This document shows, piece by piece, positions 9,112 through 18,236 of a stretch of 59,794 nt of DNA. The stretch is from a virus. Its lineage: Duplodnaviria > Caudoviricetes. A program made the translations under genes and the position numbers. Below the pieces are notes generated by a model. That model saw only the letters and a list, made by a program, of their open reading frames with translations, was not told the DNA's origin and made no database searches. How positions within the stretch are numbered: position 1 is the stretch's first letter; each line of letters starts with the position of its first letter. Location of the stretch: positions 1 through 59,794 of IMG/VR virus record IMGVR_UViG_3300013131_004046; one strand, given 5' to 3'.

Positions 9112-9515
9112 TGAATTATTTAATTTACATAAATGAATTAGGCCCAAATTATAGGGGGGAAAACATTTATGAATTTATATTTTCTGACGTTTTGGACGTT
9201 TGGGGGGAAAATTGGGATTCAAAACCTGCAAATGGATATCCCGAACCTCCCGAATTGGAAAATGTAAAAAAAGTTGGGGTTTTGACAACTTCAGAAATGA
9301 AATTATCCTTGATTCAAAATTCGGATATTTTCTCAGTTTTGGATTCAATGCAAGGGGTCATATGTTTGGGATGGGAAAATGATGAAGAACAAGATTTTGA
9401 TAATAAAAAACGGTTAGTTTTTTCTTTTGGTGAAAGTGAAAAATTAATCAAAGATAAACTATATGAAAGAGACATAGTTTTAGAATTTGAAAAAAAAGTA
9501 GTATATGAAAACTAA
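9111..9515 (+). CDS. Hypothetical protein
   Basis: ORF coupled to both neighbours (GTG start overlapping a TAG). Confidence 0.7.
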   Translation: MNYLIYINELGPNYRGENIYEFIFSDVLDVWGENWDSKPANGYPEPPELENVKKVGVLTTSEMKLSLIQNSDIFSVLDSMQGVICLGWENDEEQDFDNKKRLVFSFGESEKLIKDKLYERDIVLEFEKKVVYEN

Positions 9516-10554
9516 ATCAAACATTGCAAAACTTTTAGAACACGGATATCATTTTGGTACAATCTCTCAATTGAACAACCAACAAATTAATTTTTTAATT
9601 GAGAGAATGAAAAAAGAAGAGGAAAAAGAAGCATTTCAAAAATCAACAATACCTTCACAAACTGTTTTGAAAGGAACCTTAACTGATTTGGCTGCAACCG
9701 GTGTTGATGTTAAAGACGGTAATGTTAAGTATGACCAAGCAACAGGAGAAGTTACTGTAATGACCAAAGAAGGTGAAGTCACGGAGGATATGGGTATAGA
9801 TTATGCAACGGGGTATAACCCAAACGAAGATGGTGATAATGATGGTATACCAACAACAGAAGGAGAAATTACAGAAAAATTTAAATCAAAAGCTCAACAA
9901 GGGTTATTTTTTGCAAGATGTAAAAAATGCAGTAATGAAAATTGTAAATGGTGTAAAATGGCCAAAGAATTTGCCGATTCAACAACAAAAAAAGAGTATA
10001 AAAAAATGCCAAAGAAATTAAATCCCGAAAAAAAAGTTTCTAAAAATACAAATGAAAGTTATGAATTAGAAATGGAAAAAGAACTTCTTAGAATTTTAGA
10101 AAATCATATAAACCCTTCTATGACAAAAACTCAATTTGTTAATACATTAATGGAAAAAAAAGAATCCATGATGTTAAAATCGCCAATCAAAAACAATCTT
10201 TTTAGTAAAAACTCAGGCATGGAAATGAAAAAATCATTGGGTAGTGAGATGGAAGAAAATACTAAAGAAAAAGAAAGAACAAAAACAAAACCAGGTACCA
10301 AACCAAAAACAAGACCTAATGATAATCCATTTGATGACCCAAATCCTGGTGTAGAAGAAAAACCAAAAGCTAACACTAAAGAAAAAGAAAGAACAAAAAC
10401 AAAACCACGTACAAAACCAAAAACAAAACCTGGAGACAATCCATTCGATGACCCAAATCCTGATGTAGAAGAAAAACCAAAAGCTTCAGATGAAAAAACA
10501 AAAAACGAATTTTTATCCCTAATAAACAAAGCTTTAAATATGAAAAATGAATAA
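9505..10554 (+). CDS. Hypothetical protein with a basic Cys-containing module and a 38-aa duplication (putative internal head protein)
   Basis: ITE-KFKSKAQQGLFFARC..KWCKMAKEFA module; the repeat is visible in both DNA and protein. Confidence 0.75.
   Translation: MKTKSNIAKLLEHGYHFGTISQLNNQQINFLIERMKKEEEKEAFQKSTIPSQTVLKGTLTDLAATGVDVKDGNVKYDQATGEVTVMTKEGEVTEDMGIDYATGYNPNEDGDNDGIPTTEGEITEKFKSKAQQGLFFARCKKCSNENCKWCKMAKEFADSTTKKEYKKMPKKLNPEKKVSKNTNESYELEMEKELLRILENHINPSMTKTQFVNTLMEKKESMMLKSPIKNNLFSKNSGMEMKKSLGSEMEENTKEKERTKTKPGTKPKTRPNDNPFDDPNPGVEEKPKANTKEKERTKTKPRTKPKTKPGDNPFDDPNPDVEEKPKASDEKTKNEFLSLINKALNMKNE
10258..10485 (+). repeat. Tandem duplication, 2 x 114 bp (NTKEKERTKTKP.TKPKT.P.DNPFDDPNP.VEEKPKA)
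   Basis: Units start at 10258 and 10372. Confidence 0.9.
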
Positions 10555-11956
10555 TAGTTTGTTAAAAAGAATAATCAAAAAAATAATCAATGAAGACGCG
10601 GTTGACTACGGAGATTATGAAGAAAGAATGGATCCAATAGTCCAACAGAAAATAGAAGATCCCGAGGGAATTTATGCAAAAAATAGGGCTTTTAGAGGTG
10701 GATCTCGGGATGTTGAAAGATTAGCGGGATCTAGATTTAAAGAAATTGTAGATTATGTTAAAGATTATTTTGGAGAAAGAAGAAATTTGACAAATCCCAC
10801 TGTTAAAAGTGAGATACAAATGCAACAAATGATGGCGGTTAGAGAAGTTATGTCAATCGAGCCGTCTCACAGAGAAAGATTGAGGGACTTAGCGTTTGAG
10901 ATTGCCGCCAAAGAAGAAGGGTGGATGAACCCAAATATTACCCTACAAGATTTAATGGACAATGGTGTGTTAAGAAAAAGAAAAAAAACGGACGGGGGGG
11001 TAGTATATGAAATGAAATTTATTAACCTAATTACTTATCTTGGTGAAAAGAAAATTGACCCAAAAATTTTTCAAATGAAACCACCAAAATTAGACAAACT
11101 ACCTATACCACCTAATTTTTCATTTGATGTTGATGAACTCACACCCGAAGAAGAGTTTCAGTTGGAGGTTGAAAAAAGAAATGTAATTAATGCACTTATA
11201 CAGGGTACTGGAAAAAAAATGCAGTACGCATTCCAATTGTATAAAAATCGATTAGATCAGATAGACCCAAGATTGTATCCATTATATAACAAAATTATGG
11301 GGGCTAACGATCTTATGTACTTTACAGATCAACAATTAATTGAAATGTTGGGTGGTAATGCCGCTGGATCTATGGGTAAAGATGAAGACGAAGAACAAAC
11401 ATGTAATTTATGTGGTGGAGAAGGTGCTGATGAGGATGGAGATGATTGTCAAATGTGCAACGGTGAGGGTGAAGTAAAAAGACCCACATGGTTTGCAAAC
11501 GGATTAATTTTTCCAATATTACTTCATGAGTTAGGTAAAGTTTTTGACGCAATTCCAGCAAGAGGTCAGTGGACAGGTATGGACCCTGAATTGGCAAATA
11601 GAGTCATTTCACAAACAGATACTATGGCAAATGAACCTATGAATTTTAGAGTTGGTACAGAATTACTTAAAAAATTAAGATTTTTACTTCCTGATGAACT
11701 TTTATTAGACCCTGAATCAAGAGTATATTTACCATACTTTAAAAGAATTTTATATAGAGTTCCATCTCAAGAATTTTTGAGAGAAATAATATCCAATGTA
11801 ATTTCTGAAGATCCAAAAGACCAAAAGAAAGTTAGAAAAAGATTTGAAGAGATTTTGTCTCAGGCAAAAATTGATTATAAGAAATATGAGTCAAAAAAAG
11901 ACGAAAATGAAGATGATTACGACGAGGATTATGACGATGACTATTCAAATATATAA
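10547..11956 (+). CDS. Hypothetical protein with a DnaJ-type CxxCxGxG pair and an LLHELGK motif
   Basis: CNLCGGEG...CQMCNGEG; N-terminal KRIIKKIINE motif. Confidence 0.8.
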   Translation: MNNSLLKRIIKKIINEDAVDYGDYEERMDPIVQQKIEDPEGIYAKNRAFRGGSRDVERLAGSRFKEIVDYVKDYFGERRNLTNPTVKSEIQMQQMMAVREVMSIEPSHRERLRDLAFEIAAKEEGWMNPNITLQDLMDNGVLRKRKKTDGGVVYEMKFINLITYLGEKKIDPKIFQMKPPKLDKLPIPPNFSFDVDELTPEEEFQLEVEKRNVINALIQGTGKKMQYAFQLYKNRLDQIDPRLYPLYNKIMGANDLMYFTDQQLIEMLGGNAAGSMGKDEDEEQTCNLCGGEGADEDGDDCQMCNGEGEVKRPTWFANGLIFPILLHELGKVFDAIPARGQWTGMDPELANRVISQTDTMANEPMNFRVGTELLKKLRFLLPDELLLDPESRVYLPYFKRILYRVPSQEFLREIISNVISEDPKDQKKVRKRFEEILSQAKIDYKKYESKKDENEDDYDEDYDDDYSNI

Positions 11957-11978
11957 TTTATAAAATTAAAAAACAATT

Positions 11979-12011
11979 AAAACCCCCTTTTACAAAATAA
12001 TTGGGGGTTTT
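11979..12011 (+). terminator. Hairpin/terminator before the terminase gene
   Basis: AAAACCCCC-N15-GGGGGTTTT, immediately followed by TATTTAT at 12013. Confidence 0.5.
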
Positions 12012-12024
12012 ATATTTATAGTAT

Positions 12025-13797
12025 ATGGGTATGACTAAAGAACAAGTGATGATCGAATATGTGAAGTGTCTTCAAGACACTCCTTATGCATTAAAAACTT
12101 ATTTACAAACATATGATAATACGGTTTCCAAATTTGTTCCTTTAGAACTTTTTCCTGATCAAGTGTCATTATTGGGTGATTATGAAAATTTCGAAGAAAA
12201 TATTGCTTTGAAATACCGACAAGCGGGTGTATCTACTGTAACTGCAGCATGGATATCAAAGAGATTGGTTTTTGCAAAAAAAACACAACCAGAAAAAATT
12301 CTTATAATTGCAAACAAACTTGACACTTCTCAAGAAATGGCAAATAAAATACGGGCATTTATAGATCAATGGCCTTCTTGGGTTGGAGCCGGATTTGCAC
12401 CTGAAAAAAATTCACAAAGACATTATAAATTAAATAATGGGTCTGAAGTAAAGGCGGTTGCAACTTCTAAAGATGCATTACGTGGATTTACACCCACAAT
12501 TCTTGTTTTTGACGAGGCGGCATTTATTGAGGCGGATAATGATTTTTGGGCTGCTTGTATGGCGTCATTGTCTACGGGTGGTAAGGTGATAGTAGTGTCT
12601 ACTCCAAACGGATATGACCCAATTTATTATGAAATTTATGATCAGTCCTTGAAAGGAATGAATAACTTTAAGATTTCTGAAATGTATTGGTATAGAGATC
12701 CGAGATATGCTAAAGATCTTTTTTTAGTACCTACTGATGATCTTATTCATTATTTACTCAACAGAGAAGAATACGACGACTCAAAAAATATTTCTTTTGC
12801 TCATGTTGATCCATACGAAAGGGATTACGTTGAGTTACAACATTTTTTTGACAAAGGATACAAACCATGCTCAACTTGGTACGAAAAAATGGTCAAAAAA
12901 CTTAAGTACGATAAACGAAAAATTAACCAAGAGTTAAATTGTGAATTTTTAGGATCTGGTGATAATGTATTTGACAATAAAATTTTGGAAGACATTAAAA
13001 CTAAATTTTTACAAGATCCGACAACAAAATTAATGGGTAATTCTTTATGGATTTGGAAGGAACCTGTAGAGGGTCATAAGTATATTATGGGGGTCGATGT
13101 CTCAAGAGGAGATAGTGAAGATTTTTCATCAATTCAAATAATTGATTTTGATTCTAGAGAACAAGTTTTAGAATATGTAGGTAAAATTCCTCCTGACACT
13201 TTAGCAGAAATTGCATACAAATGGGGAATTATGTATTCATCATTTATTGTAGTTGATATCACTGGTGGTATGGGTATTACAACAGTTAGAAAATTACAAG
13301 AACTTGGTTACAAAAATTTATATGTTGATGGAATAGATTTGATGAATATTTGGGCGGTAAACAAAAGTACAACTGAAAAAATACCGGGAATCAATTTTAA
13401 CAATAAAAGAGTTCAAATTATTGCATCGTTTGAAGAAGCTGTACGTCACAAATTTGCAATCAAAAGTGTTCGACTTTATAATGAAATGAATACATTCATT
13501 TATTTGAATGGAAGACCTGACCATCAAAAAGGTCAACATGATGATTTGATCATGGGTATTTCTATGGCTCTTTATGTTGGGGAATCTTCTTTTTCTAAAT
13601 TAGAAAAAGCTGTTGAGCAAACTAAAGTAATGATTGAATCGTGGGCAATAGTATCTAATGAAAGTGTTGGTAAACAAATTTATTTTGATCCTATGTTACC
13701 TAACACTAACGTACCAAATGAAAGATTTAATAAAAATATAGGACCTGTAAAAGATGATTATATAAAATATGGTTGGTTATTTGGTAAACCAAGATAA
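12025..13797 (+). CDS. Terminase large subunit (T4 gp17-like)
   Basis: LFPDQ adenine-binding motif, KYRQAGVST Walker A, LVFDEAAF Walker B, STPNG coupling motif, nuclease GVDVSRG..D and HDDLIM. Confidence 0.93.
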   Translation: MGMTKEQVMIEYVKCLQDTPYALKTYLQTYDNTVSKFVPLELFPDQVSLLGDYENFEENIALKYRQAGVSTVTAAWISKRLVFAKKTQPEKILIIANKLDTSQEMANKIRAFIDQWPSWVGAGFAPEKNSQRHYKLNNGSEVKAVATSKDALRGFTPTILVFDEAAFIEADNDFWAACMASLSTGGKVIVVSTPNGYDPIYYEIYDQSLKGMNNFKISEMYWYRDPRYAKDLFLVPTDDLIHYLLNREEYDDSKNISFAHVDPYERDYVELQHFFDKGYKPCSTWYEKMVKKLKYDKRKINQELNCEFLGSGDNVFDNKILEDIKTKFLQDPTTKLMGNSLWIWKEPVEGHKYIMGVDVSRGDSEDFSSIQIIDFDSREQVLEYVGKIPPDTLAEIAYKWGIMYSSFIVVDITGGMGITTVRKLQELGYKNLYVDGIDLMNIWAVNKSTTEKIPGINFNNKRVQIIASFEEAVRHKFAIKSVRLYNEMNTFIYLNGRPDHQKGQHDDLIMGISMALYVGESSFSKLEKAVEQTKVMIESWAIVSNESVGKQIYFDPMLPNTNVPNERFNKNIGPVKDDYIKYGWLFGKPR

Positions 13798-13840
13798 ACC
13801 TTAATATTTATAATTCAACAATTATAGTTAAAATTATACT

Positions 13841-15664
13841 ATGGAAAATAACAAAAAACTGACAGTTTGGCAAAGGTTGTCCAAAACTTTTGGTCCTGAC
13901 TCCACGTTGGGGATGGACGCACCAACTTATTCTTTTGATAAAAAGGAATTATTAAAAACTACTAATAAGAGTGATTACGAAAATCAAAAGTTACAAGCTC
14001 AACAAACTTTATATCTAAATGATACTTGGAAAAAAATTGAAAATAATCTTTATGCTCAAGCCGTCTATTATGAACCGAATAGAATTTCGGCATTTTATGA
14101 TTATGAGTCGATGGAATACACTCCTGAAATCTCAACGGCATTGGATATTTACGCAGAAGAATCAACAACCCCAAACCAAGATGGATTTATAATTCAAGTA
14201 TATTCTGAATCAAAAAGAATCAAAAACATATTAAGTGATTTATTCAATAACAATTTAGATTTGAATACTAACTTACAAATGTGGGTAAGAAACATGTGTA
14301 AATACGGTGATAATTTCATTTATTTGAAATTGGACCCCGAGAAAGGAGTAGTGGGTTGTATGCAGTTACCGAACATTGAAATCGAAAGATTAGAAAGAGG
14401 TATGGAGACAAGAAGTGTAAATTCAACTGCAGATCCAAAAGAAAAAAGTTTAAGATTTACATGGAAAAACAAAGATTTGGAATTCCAAACTTGGGAAGTG
14501 GCTCACTTTAGATTGTTGGGTGATGACAGAAAGTTACCATATGGAACTTCTATGTTAGAAAAAGCTCGTCGTATTTGGAAACAACTTGTTTTGGCAGAAG
14601 ACGCTATGTTAATTTATAGAACATCAAGAGCACCTGAAAGAAGAGTTTTCAAGGTTTATGTTGGTAACATGGATGATAAAGATGTTGAAGCATACGTACA
14701 AAGAGTTGCAAACAAATTCAAAAGGGATCAAGTTGTTGATAGTAAAACAGGAAATGTCGATTTAAGATTTAATCAAATGGCGGTAGACCAAGATTACTTC
14801 ATTCCTGTTAGAGATACCGCTCAAACAATGCCAATTGAGACATTACAAGGTGCCGCAAACCTTTCAGAAATTGCCGATATTGAATATATCCAAAAGAAAC
14901 TTTTAACTGCATTAAGAATACCTAAAGCATATTTAGGATTTGAAGAACCTGTTGGTGATGGTAAAAATTTGTCATTACTTGATATCAGATTTGCAAGAAC
15001 AATCAATAAAATTCAAAAGTCAGTAATTGCGGAATTAAATAAAATTGCAATTATTCATTTATTTTTATTGGGGTTCGATGACGAGTTAAACAACTTTGTT
15101 TTAGGATTAACAAACCCATCCAAACAAGCAGATCTATTGATGATAGAAGTTTGGAAAGAAAGGGTTGCTCTATATAAAGAATTAGTTACCGAAATTCAAA
15201 ATAGTTTAGCGCCAACTTCAGCGACTTGGGCCAAAAAACATATATTCCAATTCTCTGATGAAGAAATAAAATTGGATATACAACAACAAAGATTAGAAAG
15301 AGCAGTTGCCGCTGAATTAACAAATACGGCCACAATTATAACTCACACAGGTTTATTTGACAAAGTAGACGAACTTTATAAAACAAAATCAGGATCAACT
15401 CAAACTGCGGGAGCCGCAGGTGCACCCAGTGGAGGGCCTAGCGGACCACCGCCACCTCCAGGAGGAGGACCTCCTCCACCTCCACCGCCGGGTGGACCTG
15501 AAGGTGGGGGACCCCCAACATTACCTGAAAATGAAAAGAAAAATAATCTAAATATTCTTTTAGAAAACGATGGTTTTTTAAATGAACAATACTTGGATTT
15601 GTCAAAGGCATCAAATTCTTTAGGAGATATTGAGGATGAACTTTTTAAAATACTCAACCATTAG
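13841..15664 (+). CDS. Portal protein (T4 gp20-like) with a Gly/Pro-rich C-terminal tail
   Basis: EDAMLIYRTSRAPERRVF, DYFIPVR, IETLQGA.NL..I.DIEY. Confidence 0.93.
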   Translation: MENNKKLTVWQRLSKTFGPDSTLGMDAPTYSFDKKELLKTTNKSDYENQKLQAQQTLYLNDTWKKIENNLYAQAVYYEPNRISAFYDYESMEYTPEISTALDIYAEESTTPNQDGFIIQVYSESKRIKNILSDLFNNNLDLNTNLQMWVRNMCKYGDNFIYLKLDPEKGVVGCMQLPNIEIERLERGMETRSVNSTADPKEKSLRFTWKNKDLEFQTWEVAHFRLLGDDRKLPYGTSMLEKARRIWKQLVLAEDAMLIYRTSRAPERRVFKVYVGNMDDKDVEAYVQRVANKFKRDQVVDSKTGNVDLRFNQMAVDQDYFIPVRDTAQTMPIETLQGAANLSEIADIEYIQKKLLTALRIPKAYLGFEEPVGDGKNLSLLDIRFARTINKIQKSVIAELNKIAIIHLFLLGFDDELNNFVLGLTNPSKQADLLMIEVWKERVALYKELVTEIQNSLAPTSATWAKKHIFQFSDEEIKLDIQQQRLERAVAAELTNTATIITHTGLFDKVDELYKTKSGSTQTAGAAGAPSGGPSGPPPPPGGGPPPPPPPGGPEGGGPPTLPENEKKNNLNILLENDGFLNEQYLDLSKASNSLGDIEDELFKILNH

Positions 15665-15685
15665 TATATTTATAAATAAAAAACT

Positions 15686-16402
15686 ATGAAATTTGGAATT
15701 TTAAAATCTAAGATTGAACAAGTGTTGTTCGAATCATACGTCGATAAAACTTTAAAAAAAGATATTTTTGTTTTTGAGGAGTTGATTTTGAAAAATAAAA
15801 ACATGTCAAAATTGTTTTACCTATATGATGAACTTTCTTCCAATTTAGGTTTGAACGAATCTTTAGCAAATGAATTAATTGATAAATCAATTGTAATTTA
15901 TGAAAATACAATTAATAAAATTTCTCCAAATTCAATCAACGAAATAAATTTGTGGGTGGGGCATATATCAACACAAAACAATTATGAAAATTTAGACAAA
16001 CTTTTTTCAAATAATGTAACCAATTTGGTGGAAAAAATTTCAGCAAAGAAAACAATCTTAGAAAATTTGAAAATTTCTAATCAAAACTTATATGAGTCAA
16101 AAAGTGGTTCATTAAAAAGTTTGATTAAAGAAACAAATTCTGAAATAAACTCTGTTTTGAGTAATTTATCAGAATCTGAAATAAATGAAGTTAAGAAAAT
16201 AATTAATACGGATGAGTCGACTTTGAAAAATCAATTTGATATACTCAAAGAAATGTCTATTAAAAAATTAAATAAAATTCTCAAGGATGAATCTGACTCA
16301 GAAGTAAAAAAAACAATTCAAGAGACAATACAAAAAGTAGAATCTGACGAATATTCAAAAATGAATTTCGTAAAACTTAAAACACTTAATGAGAATTTAT
16401 AG
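15686..16402 (+). CDS. Hypothetical protein (head module)
   Basis: 238-aa ORF after the portal gene, preceded by TATTTATAAATA. Confidence 0.75.
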   Translation: MKFGILKSKIEQVLFESYVDKTLKKDIFVFEELILKNKNMSKLFYLYDELSSNLGLNESLANELIDKSIVIYENTINKISPNSINEINLWVGHISTQNNYENLDKLFSNNVTNLVEKISAKKTILENLKISNQNLYESKSGSLKSLIKETNSEINSVLSNLSESEINEVKKIINTDESTLKNQFDILKEMSIKKLNKILKDESDSEVKKTIQETIQKVESDEYSKMNFVKLKTLNENL

Positions 16403-16577
16403 TTTTTACTTTTTGTATATAACTGGCTTTTTTTCTTTCTTGTCTTTTTTTTACAGATTTTTTTTCAAACTCTTTTCTTGACGAAAGTTCTGTCATCATT
16501 CTCGTTTTGATAACCTTATTTTTGAGTTGTTTCAAAGACCTTTCAATATTTTTATTGTTTACTTGGACAATTAACAT
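16386..16577 (-). CDS. rpsU: Ribosomal protein bS21 (63 aa from the second ATG)
   Basis: MLIVQV...NIERSLKQLKNKV.KT....EL..RKEFEKKSVKKR matches the bS21 pattern (IE.ALK.FK.K...R..FEKPS.KRR); A-rich leader. Confidence 0.85.
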   Translation of the reverse strand: MLIVQVNNKNIERSLKQLKNKVIKTRMMTELSSRKEFEKKSVKKRQERKKASYIQKVKTINSH

Positions 16578-16657
16578 AATTTTTTTTTTGTTGATATAAA
16601 TATATGGTTTCATTATATTTTACTCAACACATAAACCAAAGAATATGAAAAAAATTT

Positions 16658-17125
16658 ATGAAAAAAGGAAAATCTGTAAAGATAGGTGGTTTTAGAAACA
16701 TGAAAGTAAGTTTCGGTACTGTTGATTGTAAAAATCTAAAGTCAATTTATTTGAACTTACAAACATGGGTTGAACCCAAAAAAGACCATGAAAATTGGGT
16801 TAGAATTGTTTCAAACTTGAGGAGATCTTTTAAACACTCAATACTACAATATCTTGACAAAAGTTTATTTCAAACAATTTATATTGTTGATTTAGATCTT
16901 AGAACAAGCGGTCTACAACCCAAAAAAAAATCATTTATGAATTTAGAAATTAATATGTATTTAAATCAAGAGATAGATTTTAAATCACCAAAATTAAAAA
17001 AAACAATTAAAAATTTATCAAAAAATATTTATGACGACGTTCTTTTTAAAAATGAATATTTCAAATGTTTTTTAACCAAAAACGGAAATACGATTACAAA
17101 AAAACCAAAAACAGAAATTGTTTAA
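16658..17125 (+). CDS. Hypothetical basic protein
   Basis: 155-aa ORF between bS21 and the prohead protease. Confidence 0.75.
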   Translation: MKKGKSVKIGGFRNMKVSFGTVDCKNLKSIYLNLQTWVEPKKDHENWVRIVSNLRRSFKHSILQYLDKSLFQTIYIVDLDLRTSGLQPKKKSFMNLEINMYLNQEIDFKSPKLKKTIKNLSKNIYDDVLFKNEYFKCFLTKNGNTITKKPKTEIV

Positions 17126-17144
17126 TATTTATAAATAAAAAAAT

Positions 17145-17882
17145 ATGAATGATTTCAAAATTTTATCTCCAAATGAAACGGGTAAAGGTATTTTAATAGA
17201 ATACGACGCGGGTTATGTTAATCCCAATGAAACTAGAAATTTCGCAGTTTTAAAAGAATCAAAAAACATGATGGACCACTCAAAACCATTTGAGTTTTAT
17301 GCGGTATTACAAAAATATAACACCCCAAACAGAAACGGAAGAATATATCCCGAAAAAATTCTTAAAAGAGAAGCGGATAATTACAAAAAAATGATAGAAA
17401 AAGGAATATCGCTTTCTGAATTAAATCACCCTGAATCTTCTTTGATTGATTTGGATAGAGTATCTCACATAATAACTGATGTTTGGTGGGACGGACCAAT
17501 TCTTATGGGTAAACTTAAGTTGTTAACAAGTCCTGGTTTTCACGAAAGAGGAGTTGTTTCGACTAAAGGAGATTTAGCGGCAAATTATTTGAGACAAGGA
17601 GTAACTTTAGGAATCTCGTCTCGAGGTGTAGGGTCCTTAAAAAAAGTTGGAGACCAAAACGAAGTTCAGGAAGATTTCGAATTAATTTGTTTTGACTTAG
17701 TTTCATCCCCGTCAACGCCAGGAGCTTATTTATTTTTAAACAAAGAAGATAAAAATAATTTTGAAGAAAATTTAGAGGAAGAAAAAAATGTTAAAAATGC
17801 AAGAACACTTAACACTACAAGTGATTCATTTTATAAAACAAAAGATTTAATGAATAAATTAAACTCTTTTCTTGAAAAGTAA
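17145..17882 (+). CDS. Prohead core protease (T4 gp21-like)
   Basis: NRNGRIYP, ELNHP, VSH, GISSRGVGS, FDLVSSPSTPGAY. Confidence 0.93.
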   Translation: MNDFKILSPNETGKGILIEYDAGYVNPNETRNFAVLKESKNMMDHSKPFEFYAVLQKYNTPNRNGRIYPEKILKREADNYKKMIEKGISLSELNHPESSLIDLDRVSHIITDVWWDGPILMGKLKLLTSPGFHERGVVSTKGDLAANYLRQGVTLGISSRGVGSLKKVGDQNEVQEDFELICFDLVSSPSTPGAYLFLNKEDKNNFEENLEEEKNVKNARTLNTTSDSFYKTKDLMNKLNSFLEK

Positions 17883-17915
17883 TTTTTTTATTTTATATTT
17901 TACAAAAAAAGAATT

Positions 17916-18125
17916 ATGAACGAAAAATATTTTGTATCAAAAATCACCACAGATATGGTTGATAACGAAACTGGTAAAGTAAAAAAAATAAGAGAGGAAA
18001 AATTAGTTAGAGGATACTCACCTACTGATGTTGAGGCAAAAGTAACTAAGGTTTACGAGAATTACTCAATGGATTGGAGAATTACTGCAATTGTTGAAAG
18101 TAAAATTGATGAAGTAATAGAATAA
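17916..18125 (+). CDS. Small protein resembling DUF4494 (Bacteroidota-associated)
   Basis: YF..KI......GKVKKIREE.LV...S.TDVEAKV pattern, recalled rather than searched. Confidence 0.6.
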   Translation: MNEKYFVSKITTDMVDNETGKVKKIREEKLVRGYSPTDVEAKVTKVYENYSMDWRITAIVESKIDEVIE

Positions 18126-18147
18126 TTTAAATTTTTTTAATTTATTT

Positions 18148-18183
18148 AAAAGGGGATTGTTTACAAATAATTCCCTTTTTTTT
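18148..18183 (+). terminator. Intrinsic terminator
   Basis: AAAAGGGGATTGTTT-AC-AAATAATTCCCTTTTTTTT. Confidence 0.65.
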
Positions 18184-18236
18184 ATTGATTCAAGTTTTTT
18201 TTTAAAAACCGTGTATTTATATATAAAAATATTTAC

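Noticed and set aside
12025-13797. Intein or intron in the terminase
   Set aside because: The ORF is continuous, of ordinary length, and lacks intein C/S...HN or LAGLIDADG motifs
16578-16613. Longer bS21 start (MKPYIYINKKKI)
   Set aside because: The extension is the AT-rich promoter/leader; bS21 similarity starts at MLIVQV
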